Origin: a virus
Taxonomy: Duplodnaviria; Caudoviricetes
Virus record (IMG/VR): IMGVR_UViG_3300048886_000684
Coordinates: 1-26,436 of that record
DNA length: 26,436 bases
Reading direction: 5' to 3' (one strand)
Part shown: positions 8,577-20,300 of the stretch, piece by piece
How positions within the stretch are numbered: the first letter of the stretch is position 1
Layout of the letters: each line of letters opens with the position of its first letter
Translations under genes and position numbers: made by a program
Notes under the pieces: model-generated
Databases searched by the model: none
The model's input: only the letters and a program-made list of their open reading frames with translations
What the model was told of the DNA's origin: nothing

Positions 8577-9278
8577 ATGGCAAATGGACCAAGACGAAAT
8601 TGGGCAAGTCAAGCTGAATATATGAATCCACATTGGGCAGGAGATCCAGCTGCAGGTTTAAGTCAACAACCAGCAAACGATGGTTGGCTTCAAAATGGTA
8701 TGCCATATAATGATCCAGCAATGGGTGGAGCACCATATTCAATCAATGAATTTAATCCAGGTTTACCATTTGCAGGTAATGCACCCACTACAGAGCAATC
8801 TATTAATGCATTAGCGGGTGGAAATGCTCCCGGAACTAGTAGTTTTGTAGATACAATGAACAATGCGGGTTTAGGGGGAAGTAGTTTCTTCGGACCAGGT
8901 GCTTTTGCTCGAAAGCATCCAGATTTTTATGCTAAACCACCGGGTGATCCTAATCAAACTACTCAACCTTGGGGTGGGGGTATAATGAAAAGCTTAGGAG
9001 GTTTGAGCGGACTAGCAAATATTGGTATGACAGGATGGGGTCTTTACCAACAAGGACAACAAATAGATGATCTAAGAGATTGGAGAGCAAAACTTAATGA
9101 AAGAGCAGATGCTAGTCTTGCAATGGATAGAGAGAAATTTGGTTTAGTAAAAAAAGAATACGATACTCGATTTTTAAAAAGAGAAGCTGATATGTGGAAA
9201 CAACGAGACCCAAATTTGAGGACAAATCCATCAGACAATCCATATATGAGTAAACTACTACCGGCACAAGAAGCTTAA
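8577..9278 (+). CDS. Putative ejection protein, N4 gp52 position (small membrane-channel-type)
   Basis: TAAGGAGA SD; Gly-rich hydrophobic helix SLGGLSGLANIGMTGWGLY followed by a coiled coil; no Cys; two genes upstream of vRNAP. Assignment mostly by synteny. Confidence 0.6.
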   Translation: MANGPRRNWASQAEYMNPHWAGDPAAGLSQQPANDGWLQNGMPYNDPAMGGAPYSINEFNPGLPFAGNAPTTEQSINALAGGNAPGTSSFVDTMNNAGLGGSSFFGPGAFARKHPDFYAKPPGDPNQTTQPWGGGIMKSLGGLSGLANIGMTGWGLYQQGQQIDDLRDWRAKLNERADASLAMDREKFGLVKKEYDTRFLKREADMWKQRDPNLRTNPSDNPYMSKLLPAQEA

Positions 9279-9287
9279 GGAGCTATC

Positions 9288-11294
9288 ATGAGTAAAAATC
9301 TATTACCAGCAGGTTTAGTACCTCCATCTAGAACCGCTGAATATGATGCGCTTATAGGAAAGAGTCTTGAACAAGAGGGGACTCTTTTAGATAAGAGAGT
9401 TGCTACTCTAAAAACAGGAGTAAAAAAACAAGAAGGAATAACTTCGCAAGCTCATATTAGAGAATTACAAAATGTTGATACCGGAAATCCATTAAATGAT
9501 AAAAAAATACGTGATCTTTTGAATAAAAATAGAAGTGTTGGTCTTTATGACGATAAAATGATTAATGATTCAATGGAAGCTCTTGATAAAGCTGGTTCAG
9601 CTGAGTATCTAACCAATGTTGCAGTAACAGATAAATTAAGAAGTGAGGATCATAGAAAGATTGGAATAGAACAACAAAGAGATATTGGTCAATATGAGGT
9701 TGGATCGCCTAAGTGGAACGCAGCGATAGAAGGCTATGTAGACGATAATATTGCAAATAGTAGGAATATTCCAGGAGTAACGGCTTTAGCTACTCAGGCA
9801 TTTGAAGGTGCAAATATAGTTCTTGGAGCAACTACTGTTAGTGACGCAATTAGACAAACTGGTGGTGATCCAAACGATCCTCAAGCATATATTGGAGAAG
9901 CTTACGAATTAGCAATTAAAAATGCTACTAATAATCTTGCTAAAAATAATCGTGGGATACGGAATAGATCAGTACTTAGAGCCAGAGCTAAAAAGCTTAT
10001 TGATAATTCTCCAGAGGGTAGAAAATTTAGCCTACGTATGAAGGCACGAGAAGGACAAGATGTTCATGATGCATTTTTAGAAAAAGAAGCTCTCACACTG
10101 ACTACTTCTCTTAATATCCCAGATAGAGGTAAATCCCGTGCAGCCACAGATGCAAGTATCAACAGAATATTAAGTTATATAAATGCAAACCCAGACGCTT
10201 ACGCAAAAATAAAGCCTTTTGAAGAGGATATTTTTCTTGCATTAGAGAGAACAGATTTAATAAAAGACTCAGGCAAAGGAATGCAGCCTAATGATTTATT
10301 TGAGTCTATGTTTAAAGAAATAGATTTAGACGGAAATAGTTTACCTGTAAGTGCACGAGGACCCATAGAGCTACGTGAACAAACATTATTTAAAAATAAA
10401 TTACGTGAGATATACCAGGACAAATACCGAACTATTCCTGACAAGCTTCTTAACGCACAAATTGATAAGGTTATTAATAGTTCTAGAGGATTGTCTAAGG
10501 GTTTTGAGCAGGGAATGAAAGCTGCTGATTTTGAATCAAGACGTGAAGATAAATACATGGAGCTAGCTGAAAACTTTAGAACAAACCAGGAAACAACCTT
10601 GTTTGGTATGAAAACGGATGGCAAAAAAGGATACATTCTAAAACGACTTGATAAGGTACTTAAAGAATTATCATTTTCAGAAGATGAAGGAACGGCAAAA
10701 TATTTCACCAATATAAAGAATAAAGTTGGTGAATCGGCTAGTGATCTAATCGATAGATATAAAGCTATTTTTACAGACAGAAATGGAAAATATCTTATAG
10801 AAAAGGGTTCTGATAAAGAAGCTGCTTTCTGGTTAACTTTGAACAGAGCTATAGTAGGTCACACAGGTATAGATGAAGATACTGGATTACCATTTGATGA
10901 TAACGATGTAGTTATTAGGAGTATAGATCGGCATAAAGAAATGAAAAATCTTTCAGATTTTCAATTAATGAAACTGTTTAGAGAAAATATGCCACCAGAC
11001 GAACTTTCAAGTGAAGGATCTAAGAGAATTGACTATAATGTTCAAAATGGAGTTACTCTTTTAGAGAAGTTAGCTGGAGAGAGAAATGATGCAGTAGCTA
11101 ATCAAGCTATGAGTATAAAAGAAACGGGTGTGTACTTTTTTACAGGAATTATACCTGAGCGTTTTAGAGGAAAGAATCAAATTATTTTTGGCAAACCTCC
11201 CACCAAAGAACAACAAGAACAGATGAGAAAAAATGGTCAATCTTGGATAGTGCAAAAAATTAAGGGGTTTTTTGGAAAACCGGCTGGAAAATAA
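9288..11294 (+). CDS. Putative ejection protein, N4 gp51 position (helical tunnel-type)
   Basis: AGGAG SD; 668 aa, helical and charged, no Cys seen; immediately upstream of vRNAP and similar in size to N4 gp51. Assignment by synteny. Confidence 0.6.
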   Translation: MSKNLLPAGLVPPSRTAEYDALIGKSLEQEGTLLDKRVATLKTGVKKQEGITSQAHIRELQNVDTGNPLNDKKIRDLLNKNRSVGLYDDKMINDSMEALDKAGSAEYLTNVAVTDKLRSEDHRKIGIEQQRDIGQYEVGSPKWNAAIEGYVDDNIANSRNIPGVTALATQAFEGANIVLGATTVSDAIRQTGGDPNDPQAYIGEAYELAIKNATNNLAKNNRGIRNRSVLRARAKKLIDNSPEGRKFSLRMKAREGQDVHDAFLEKEALTLTTSLNIPDRGKSRAATDASINRILSYINANPDAYAKIKPFEEDIFLALERTDLIKDSGKGMQPNDLFESMFKEIDLDGNSLPVSARGPIELREQTLFKNKLREIYQDKYRTIPDKLLNAQIDKVINSSRGLSKGFEQGMKAADFESRREDKYMELAENFRTNQETTLFGMKTDGKKGYILKRLDKVLKELSFSEDEGTAKYFTNIKNKVGESASDLIDRYKAIFTDRNGKYLIEKGSDKEAAFWLTLNRAIVGHTGIDEDTGLPFDDNDVVIRSIDRHKEMKNLSDFQLMKLFRENMPPDELSSEGSKRIDYNVQNGVTLLEKLAGERNDAVANQAMSIKETGVYFFTGIIPERFRGKNQIIFGKPPTKEQQEQMRKNGQSWIVQKIKGFFGKPAGK

Positions 11295-11311
11295 ATGAAT
11301 AGTATAGACAT

Positions 11312-14300
11312 ATGGCTAAACTTAAAAATCCTGAGCTTACAAGAGCTTTTATAAATGGTAATGGTAATGGTAATGGTAATAAAGGAAATATTAATTCCGA
11401 AAATATAGACACCTCGCTTTTATACAATCGCTCTCCTAATCCAGGCATACAAGAAGAAACATTTAATGAAGATGTAGTTCTTGCACAACGTGGGTATAAA
11501 GGTCCTTTTGATCCACGATTGCCATCCGTTAATCTCCCAAATGTATCAGCTGAAAGTATTGCCAAAGATGTTTTACAAGCTAAAAAAACATTTGGTAATA
11601 ATAGAGTTCAAACTCAAAAAATAGACGCTTTTAAACGTGCCTTAGGAATTAAGAACGGTTCTATTCCTCCAATACCTACCGATACCCCTAAAGAATCTTT
11701 TGGTTTCATAGGAGATACAGATACTCCTGCTGGAAGAAAAAGTACACCTCCTTCTCAACCTTCTTCTAATCCTATTAATGTCTTAAAAAATGAAGTATCA
11801 GAATTTATGGATCGTACTGGAGTAGCAATAGCTGATTTTAATGCTGTTGAGTTTGTTAAATCCATTGCAGAAAAGTACCCTTCTTTAGGTATAGAGTATC
11901 GTCCAGATGAACCAGATAATTCTGAAGGAAATATAAAAGCAATTGAATCATTTATCAAACAATATGGTCCTCCTTTAGGCATAAGTTTAGACCCTCCTCC
12001 AAGTTTAGCACCTAGTGCAAAACAAGGTTTTGCTTCTACTGAAGACAAAGATGATACTCCTCCTGACTTATCCTTGTTCACTGAACAAGAACAAGCTGCT
12101 TTTAAATTAGGTGCAAAAGCCGGAGAACAGTTAAGTGAAATAGATATAGATCCAGGAAAGGAATGGAACACATTATGGGATACTATATTCCAAGCTGATG
12201 AACCTCTTTTAAGAGGATTAGGTAAAGGTGTTGATAGTTTAAAAACCCTAGCAACAAAGTTCATGAAGCACGAGAATATAACTGGGGTATCTATTAATGA
12301 AGCATTAACTCATATTAAAAAAAATTATAACAAATTTATTGAATGGGCTAATGATACTAGTCTTAACGAAGAACAACAGCGTATATTAGCTATAAAAGCA
12401 GAAAAAGATAAGGCTGATAGAATTGCGTACCAAGAAAGAGAGATAAATCTTCCCTCACCAGACATTCCTGCACTAGAAAATCCTATAGGAAGTTTACTTG
12501 ATTCAATTCAGATTGCTGAAGGTCCAGATGCTATAGTTCCTTTTGGTCAAACTTGGAATGATGATTTTAAAAGAAGAATTGCTCTTGGTGAAACAATTTC
12601 AATAGCAGAAGCTAAAGAAGCAACAATTAAATATTTACGTAGACATATACAGAGATGGCAAGCAGGTGGAACCAGAAAAGATGTAGATAAAGCTGAAGAA
12701 CGTGGTTTGATTGGTGCCAACCCAAATAAAACACCAGCAATCCAAGACGGAAAATGGAATCTTGATTTCTTAAAATGGTTCGCAGAAATATACGCACCAA
12801 CTCACCCATCTGTTTATGATGATCTATCAGACGCAGAAAAAGCTAAGAATAAAAATTGGTTAAATAATGTAATTAATAATTTAGATCCTACTACTACTCC
12901 CTCAGAACAAATAGAAGAACAACCAGTCCAAAAATCTTTTAAAAGTGTAATTGGAGCTGGAGTATCAAGTCGTTTTAAACAACGAATTATGGGAGCAAAA
13001 ATAGACCCTAAATTTAAACTAAAAATTGATAACTTATCTAAAGAACCTAGTTTTAATGAGGGACCTTCCGCAATCATAAGTATAGATGGGCATGTAGTTA
13101 GATATGATAATGGAACATTTGGAGCAATAATGCCCACTCATGAAATTGTTGGGAATCTAAGTGAGTCTTCTGCTCATTTTCATGCAGCAGCTGCTTGGAG
13201 AGAATCACAAGTACTTGCTCAAGGTGGTGCTAAATATAATACAGCAGGAGATATTGCTAATTTTATAATAGGACATGGTCCACGACCCCTAGAAACAGCA
13301 CAAAAAATGTTTGTGGGTAATACAACTTTAGTTGGAAAAATAGGTGAATACAATCGATTACTTCAATCACAAAAACATTTATATCACAATATACGATTTC
13401 CTCAGGGCGAGGAGAGAAATATTACTCGAGAGGATGTATCAAACTATAGAATTATTCAAGAGAGTATAGCTGCTAGTACTCCATTATCCCAAGAATTACA
13501 AAAATTTAAAAATGGTGATAAGTATACAGTAATTGCTCAATTAGACAAAGATGCCAAAGAAAATACAGAACAACTAGAAAGTATTGAAAAGTTTTGGGAA
13601 GGATATAGAAAACACTTTCCTACTAATGATGCACCTTATAGGGGTGCAGATGCTGCATTTGATATTATTTCGAAAAATGAAGGTTTACTTGCAGCTACAA
13701 TGTATGCTCTTAAAAATCATAAAGGAAAGTATGCAAAAGAAGGTTTAAAAAGTGTTGGGTATACAATTGCTCTTACAGTTGGAAATGTTCCCGTACAATT
13801 AGGCGTATTAACTGCTTTAGTTCAAGGTACACAGGAAGAGGCTATTAAAGAATGGGTTGATAATAATCCTGACAAAGAGTTAACACCAGAAATTCTTGAT
13901 CGAATTGAATGGTGGACTACTTGGAGTGTTGTTGCTGAGAAAATAAGTGCTGGGTATTTAATGAAAGTTATTGGCAAAGTACCTGGAGTAGGACAACTCC
14001 CCTGGATTGCTGGTGTTGGAGAGAAATTAGCACTAACTGTTCCTAACAGTGTTAGAAGTTTAGTGTCATTAAGTGCTGGTGCTTTAGGAGAAGGAGGACA
14101 GGGATTTATCTCAGAAGCAACATCACAAATAGCTCAAGAAGGTGAACTTACTTCAGCAGACAAACTTGCAAAAGCTACAATATCAGAACTATTAGGAGTA
14201 GCAACAATTGCACCTACTGTAGCTGCTATTGGAGTTACTACCAAGGTAGGTGGAGCTGTAGTTGGAAAAATGACAGAACCTACCACAGCTGAGAAAGCAG

Positions 14301-17300
14301 CAACACAAGAGAAGCAAGAGAGAGAAAATCTTGAGGCTAATATTAAAAATTATGATGAACAATTAGAAAAGATTGAAATTCAAAAAAAGGCATCACCTGA
14401 GAATAGTCTTAAGTTAGAAACTCTTAATACGCAATTAGATGATCTAAATGCAGCTAAAGCTGAAATTGAAGATACACTCAAGGAAACTACAACCCTACCT
14501 AAACATTTTGCAAAACTTGAAACTAAAAATACACTACTTAAAAAACTGTTTAAGCAGTATGAGTCTAGAATTAAAAATGGAGACCTGACTGTAGAACAAG
14601 CTCTTGAAGAAATTGAGTCTATAGTAGAAGCACAAATAACAACAAAGACAGAAGAAAAAGTAGCTGTTGAGAAACAATTACCTGAACAGTTTAAATTTGG
14701 GGACACCTACGCAAGTACACCAACTCATGCAGAACTTGCAGGTGTTAATGCTGCACTTAAATCAGTTAACGTAGATCGTGATACTGCAATTAAAGCAATT
14801 GAAAAGGCTGTTCATAAAGACCTAACTAAAGAAAAGAAAAAAGAACTGATTGAAGAAGCTAAACAAAGAGCAAAAGACCAAATAGCTGCTCTAACTAAAA
14901 GACAACAAGAACTTACTGCTTTATTAGAGCAACCGGCTAATAAAGACATTCTTAAAGCCCATGAAAAAGTATTAAGACAACGAAAGAAGACAGATGAAAC
15001 AAAAATTAAAAATCAATCTTATAGACGTGATCCGTCCAGTGGAAAGCTAGTAGATAAAGATCAAGCATCAGCAGATGCAAAAAGTATAGTAATTTCCAAA
15101 TTATCGGATGGTGAGGTTGAAGCTCGTATAACGATGATCATGGAAACACGTAAACAAGCTACAAAAGATCGTGAAACCATGCCTGTCGATGAAAAATTTA
15201 GAATAGGCGATATAGTTACTATATTAGATACAGAGGACCCAGCATTAAAAGATTCTCAGGGTTTTATTATTGAAGAGGTTTTTGGGATACAAGAAAGAGA
15301 TGGAAAAAGACATGTAAAACTTAAAGGTGTAGATGAAACTATCCCAATAGATCAAATTGGATTAGCTACACGTCCTGATATATCTAAAGGATATACAGGA
15401 CAATTAGCAGAACTTGTTGCACAAGATTTAACTGACGAACAAAAAATACTTGTCCGAAAGTTTTTCGATACAGAAATAGAAGCACTTAAAACATTATTAG
15501 GTAAAAGCAAGAGAGTACTGGGCTCTTCAGAAGATAGTTTTACTGAAACAGATAAATTAGAGGTTGAGGCATTAGAAAAGAGAGTTGCTGCTCTCGAGGA
15601 GAATGCTACTGCTACTGAAGCAGATAGAAAATTCTGGAAGGATCTACTTGAACAGAAAAGAATACAAAGAAAAAGAGCAGGTAAAAACGAAACTATCGAT
15701 AAAACTTTATCGGATGTACATGGAGAAATTCTTGAAGGAACAGAGGCAAAATGGAAAGGCTTATACTCATATTATCAAGATATTGTAAAAGCTTACGAAG
15801 ACTATAAAGATGACACAGATGTACGTGATCAGCGTATCGCAGTTATTCGATCACACATGGAGACACATGCAGCAAACCTTAATGATAAATTAGCAGCATT
15901 CCAAGTAGCTAAAGGTCTTTCGCTTAAACCTGGAACAGTTGCAGCTGTAGTTGGTACTCGGATAAGTGATACCAGTAGAAAGATGAATTATGAAGTAGTA
16001 ACGGATAGTGTAAAAGCAATTGAAGAAGCACAAAAAAATGGAGAATACAAAGGTAAACGGGCTTACATTACACGGATTGATGATAAATCTACTAATCTAA
16101 TTAATACTCTTGAAAAAGAGGCAAATTACGGAAACTTTATAATGGGGGTAGTTAGAGGGTATGAAAAAACCTCCATGGCTCGAAAATATGAAAATCAAGC
16201 ATTTATCCTTGAAGAAAATGAGAAGGTTCTTAAAAAATTAGAAGAAGTTAGGAATATTCTAGGGAGACCTATTGTACCAATTACACCAGAATCTATAGCT
16301 AGTATGACAATTGATAGATCTGGAAAAACTCCTATCTCTGTTCTTAAGACTCAATTAGATCAGGTATTAGAAAGAGGTACAAAACTAAGTAAAAAAGAAG
16401 AAAGGACAGAGGATGAAGAGAATGAACTTAAAGAACTCAGAACAAGGTATCTTGAGCTGGTTGCCCAGATTAAAAAACAGGAAGAAGAAGCTGATAAAAA
16501 ACCAGAACAACTTGACCTTTTCCCAGAAGGTACACTCCCTAAAGGAACAACTCCAGTATCTGATGAAGCTCCTGAATCTCCTCCACCTGTTACTAAACCT
16601 CCTGGAAAGGATGAGAAGGGGTACCAAGAGGAATTCGACTTCGATGAAGAGAGTGAACCAGATACCACACTTTTTAGAAAAGGAGAACAATTAAAGCTAT
16701 TCCCTAACTTCATTGAAGGGGCTGCAAAAGCATACAAGAGAGTTATAACTCCAGAATTAATAGCTAAGCTTAAGGATGCAGCTGGTAATTTAACAAATCA
16801 ATTAGGCTTAGCAGGTGCGTATTTTATAGATTTAGTTCAGGTAGGAGCTAAAAATCAAGGATTAGATGAAGCACATATTAATACTCTTCAACATACAGAC
16901 TTTGATACTGAGGAAGCATTAACTACTGCACTGATGAAGTTAGGTGTAACTGAAGCTTCAGCTGAAGGTTTAGCTGCTAATTACACTCATTTTAAAAAGC
17001 GATATGAAAATATACTTTATAAAGAACTAGCAAGAACAGATATTGTAGAGTGGCTAATTGATGGTGTAATACAGACATCTAAAAATAATGACCAAATTAA
17101 AAAAGATGGACCTTTTGAAATTGATGAAGACTATCTTCACGTAGATCTAGTTGAGAAAGAAGATGGAACCTTTACATATACATATGCGACTAAGGGTAAA
17201 CACACAAAACTAATAGGTATAGATAAGCCTGTTCTTACAAGTCAACTATTAAACGCAAAAAACTTCGCTCTTCAAGAACCATTAAGTATATTACTCCAAG

Positions 17301-20300
17301 AAGACCTAGATAATAAAAACAACCAAGGTAAATTACCTGATCAAATAGTATTTACACTGATGTTAACTGCCATGACATTCAGGCAGCAACATCCTAATAA
17401 TAATCGATGGGGAGATCAGGAGTTTGGTAAAGGGGCCTTTTTATACAAAGGAAGATCCCAGAAGCTTACTACAGTCGAAGATGATCAAGTTAGTGGTCTA
17501 GGATATGGGTATCATGATGTTAGTGGAGATATGGGTCGTGATGCAATTAAACTTCTAGAGTTATCCGCTAAAAAAATTAATAAAGAAAAACTACAAAAGA
17601 AAGAAGATAAATATAATAGATTATTAGAAAAAGCATCTAAAATTACTGAAGAAAAAGAATTAAAAGAAGCAGAAGCTGAAGCACGTAAATATAAGTTAAC
17701 AGCAGAAGAATCTAGGATTCTTAATAGTCCATTAACCCAAGCAGGGATAGATTTATACTTTGAACAATTAGGTCCAGCTCTTGGAATGATGGCTATAGAA
17801 ATAGCTCAAGGTACGGTAGATGACAATGGTGCATATTTTAGAGTTGAAAAACATGAATGGGATTTTGAAGATTATAGAGAAGACAGAACTTTTAATAATG
17901 CACCTACTAGACACCCAATTTCCAGTAACCCAGAAATACGAAAAAAATATCCAGAAGGTAGACCAATACCGGAAGAGGAGCAAAAAAGATACAAGCATAT
18001 TAAAGTAAAAGAAGGTAGTCGTATCTCTGAAGCAGGTAATATTGCATTAAATGAGATAGTTAAAGTTACTGGAACTGATATAAATACTAGCCCAGGACCT
18101 CTTCAAACACCCGCAAAGGTAGCTAAACGTATTAAAGGAACCTTTACTAGTGTTGGGGAGGAAGTTAACAGATTACTTAAAAAGGCACAAAAAGTTGTAT
18201 GGAAAAAATCCCAATCTATGGATATTGTAGATGATATAAGGGAGCATGAATCTGTTTTACATGAGTTAATGGGTGTTGAAGAATTATATAAAAAAGATGC
18301 GGAAGGAGAATATATATTAAACGAAAAAGGAGAGAAAGTAGGGAAATTCCATGAAGTAGAAATGAAGTCAAGAGAATCTTCTAATAGAGATAAACTTGAT
18401 ACATTGGAAGAACTCTTAGCAGCAAATGATCGAAAAGAACTAAACGCATTTTATATAGCATACCAATTGCAAAATCATCATAGACTTATGCAATTAGGTC
18501 GCATTAATCCACAACAAAGTAAAGTTACTAGAGCTTTAGTAAATGCCTGGAAATCACGACAATACTCAAAAAAGAATCTTCATAATTTCAAATTAGGAGT
18601 TGCCCAAAGTTTTTCTGTCAAAGTAACTAAACAAGAGTTACTAGATTCAGAAAGAGAATTTGATGAAATTATTAAGAATCCTTATATCTTAGAAGCAGTT
18701 GAAGCTCTGCAAAGAATTAACGCAGCTAAAGAACTTATAAAAGCTGACGCCAACGATAAAAAAGCTATTAAATCTAAAAAACGAGCCGCTGAAGATTTTG
18801 CTATAGCTATCTCTAAAGTTAAAAGAGAGACAGCATTTAAGGAAGCTAATTTAACTATTCTAAATGGTATAGCTGCATTATCTCAATATATGACTGTAGA
18901 GGCTATTGTAAAAACCAAAGCAGGATTACCCAATAAACAATTTAAAAAGAAAAATAATTTTAAAATAGCTAAAATTAACTCAACCTTTACATCTGATATA
19001 TCAGGTGAAATTGATGGTATTTCTAATGGTTGGGCCCAGAATGTCTATCAATTCCCTATGTGGGAAGAAGCAGAGTTAATAAAAAGAAACAAGCAAGTAG
19101 GTAATAATTTTAACGGGGAAGCACATGATCCGACTCAACCAGGTGTTTACGAAGATCTAATTAAGTATATTCAAGAGGGTATGTCTGCTGAGGTTGCATG
19201 GGAATGGCATAAAGATAACAATTGGAAAGAGGACTTTCCAACAGAAAGAGTTGGTAAATATTCTAATGAAGATACATTTAAAGCTAAATATAACGAGTTA
19301 AATACTGCATTAAATATCGTTTACCCAGACTTTACAATTAGTGAATCTTTACGTGATGTTGCTAAATACCCATTCATTATGAGCATGTATGGTAGTGGAA
19401 TGACTCGGATTGCTAATGATGTTAGTAAAGACATAGTTAAAGCAATTTATACAAGAGTAGGCACCATACAGAACGAGTATGAAAGCTTTAAAGATACTAA
19501 GTACATCTCTGGCACAGGATTGTCAGCTGATCGTAAAGAATATTTAAAAGGATATGACGTACTTACTAAAGAAGATTATGAAAGAAAAGTGATCATACCT
19601 TTTATGAATAGTCTGAAGGTATTAGGTGCATTTGACCAAACAAAAACAAGATCTAAGAGTAAGAGACCCGTAAATTACGATACCTTTCTTTCTGCATTAA
19701 AAAGTGGAAATGCTTTCGATAAATATTTTGATCAGCAGCAACTGATGGCAAGGCTTAGTACAACAATTGCTCCTAGATTTAATAGTGGACTAAATAAGCT
19801 ACTCGGACCAACTAAAGAACCCCGAGACACTATAGTTGAAATGGGAGAAATGTTGCACTGGACATTCATGACCCATTACGAAGAAGCATATGAAAAGAAA
19901 TTAGCTGAAGTAAATGAAGAGTACACACCAGATAAAACCGTTGTTAATGTTACTCATAAAAATCGTACATGGATTGTTTCAAAGAAACCAGATGGTACAT
20001 TTGATATTTCATCAACAAAACCAGACGGTACAGTTGACAAAAAAGTAACATGGGTAGCTACGAATCGTGATCGTATAGCTATTAATAAAGAAGCAGAAAA
20101 GGAATTCTCCAAGCAAAAACCCAAACTAAGAACCATCCTAACTAAACAAGAACTTTACGATCTTATTACAGAAGCAACGGGTGAGTTAGTCAAATTATAC
20201 CCACAAATAGCAGGACCTCTATCTAAGATTGGCGAGAATGGAGAAATTCTAGGGGGTATTGATTTAAGTGCTACTGAATTTGCAACACAATCAAAAGATT

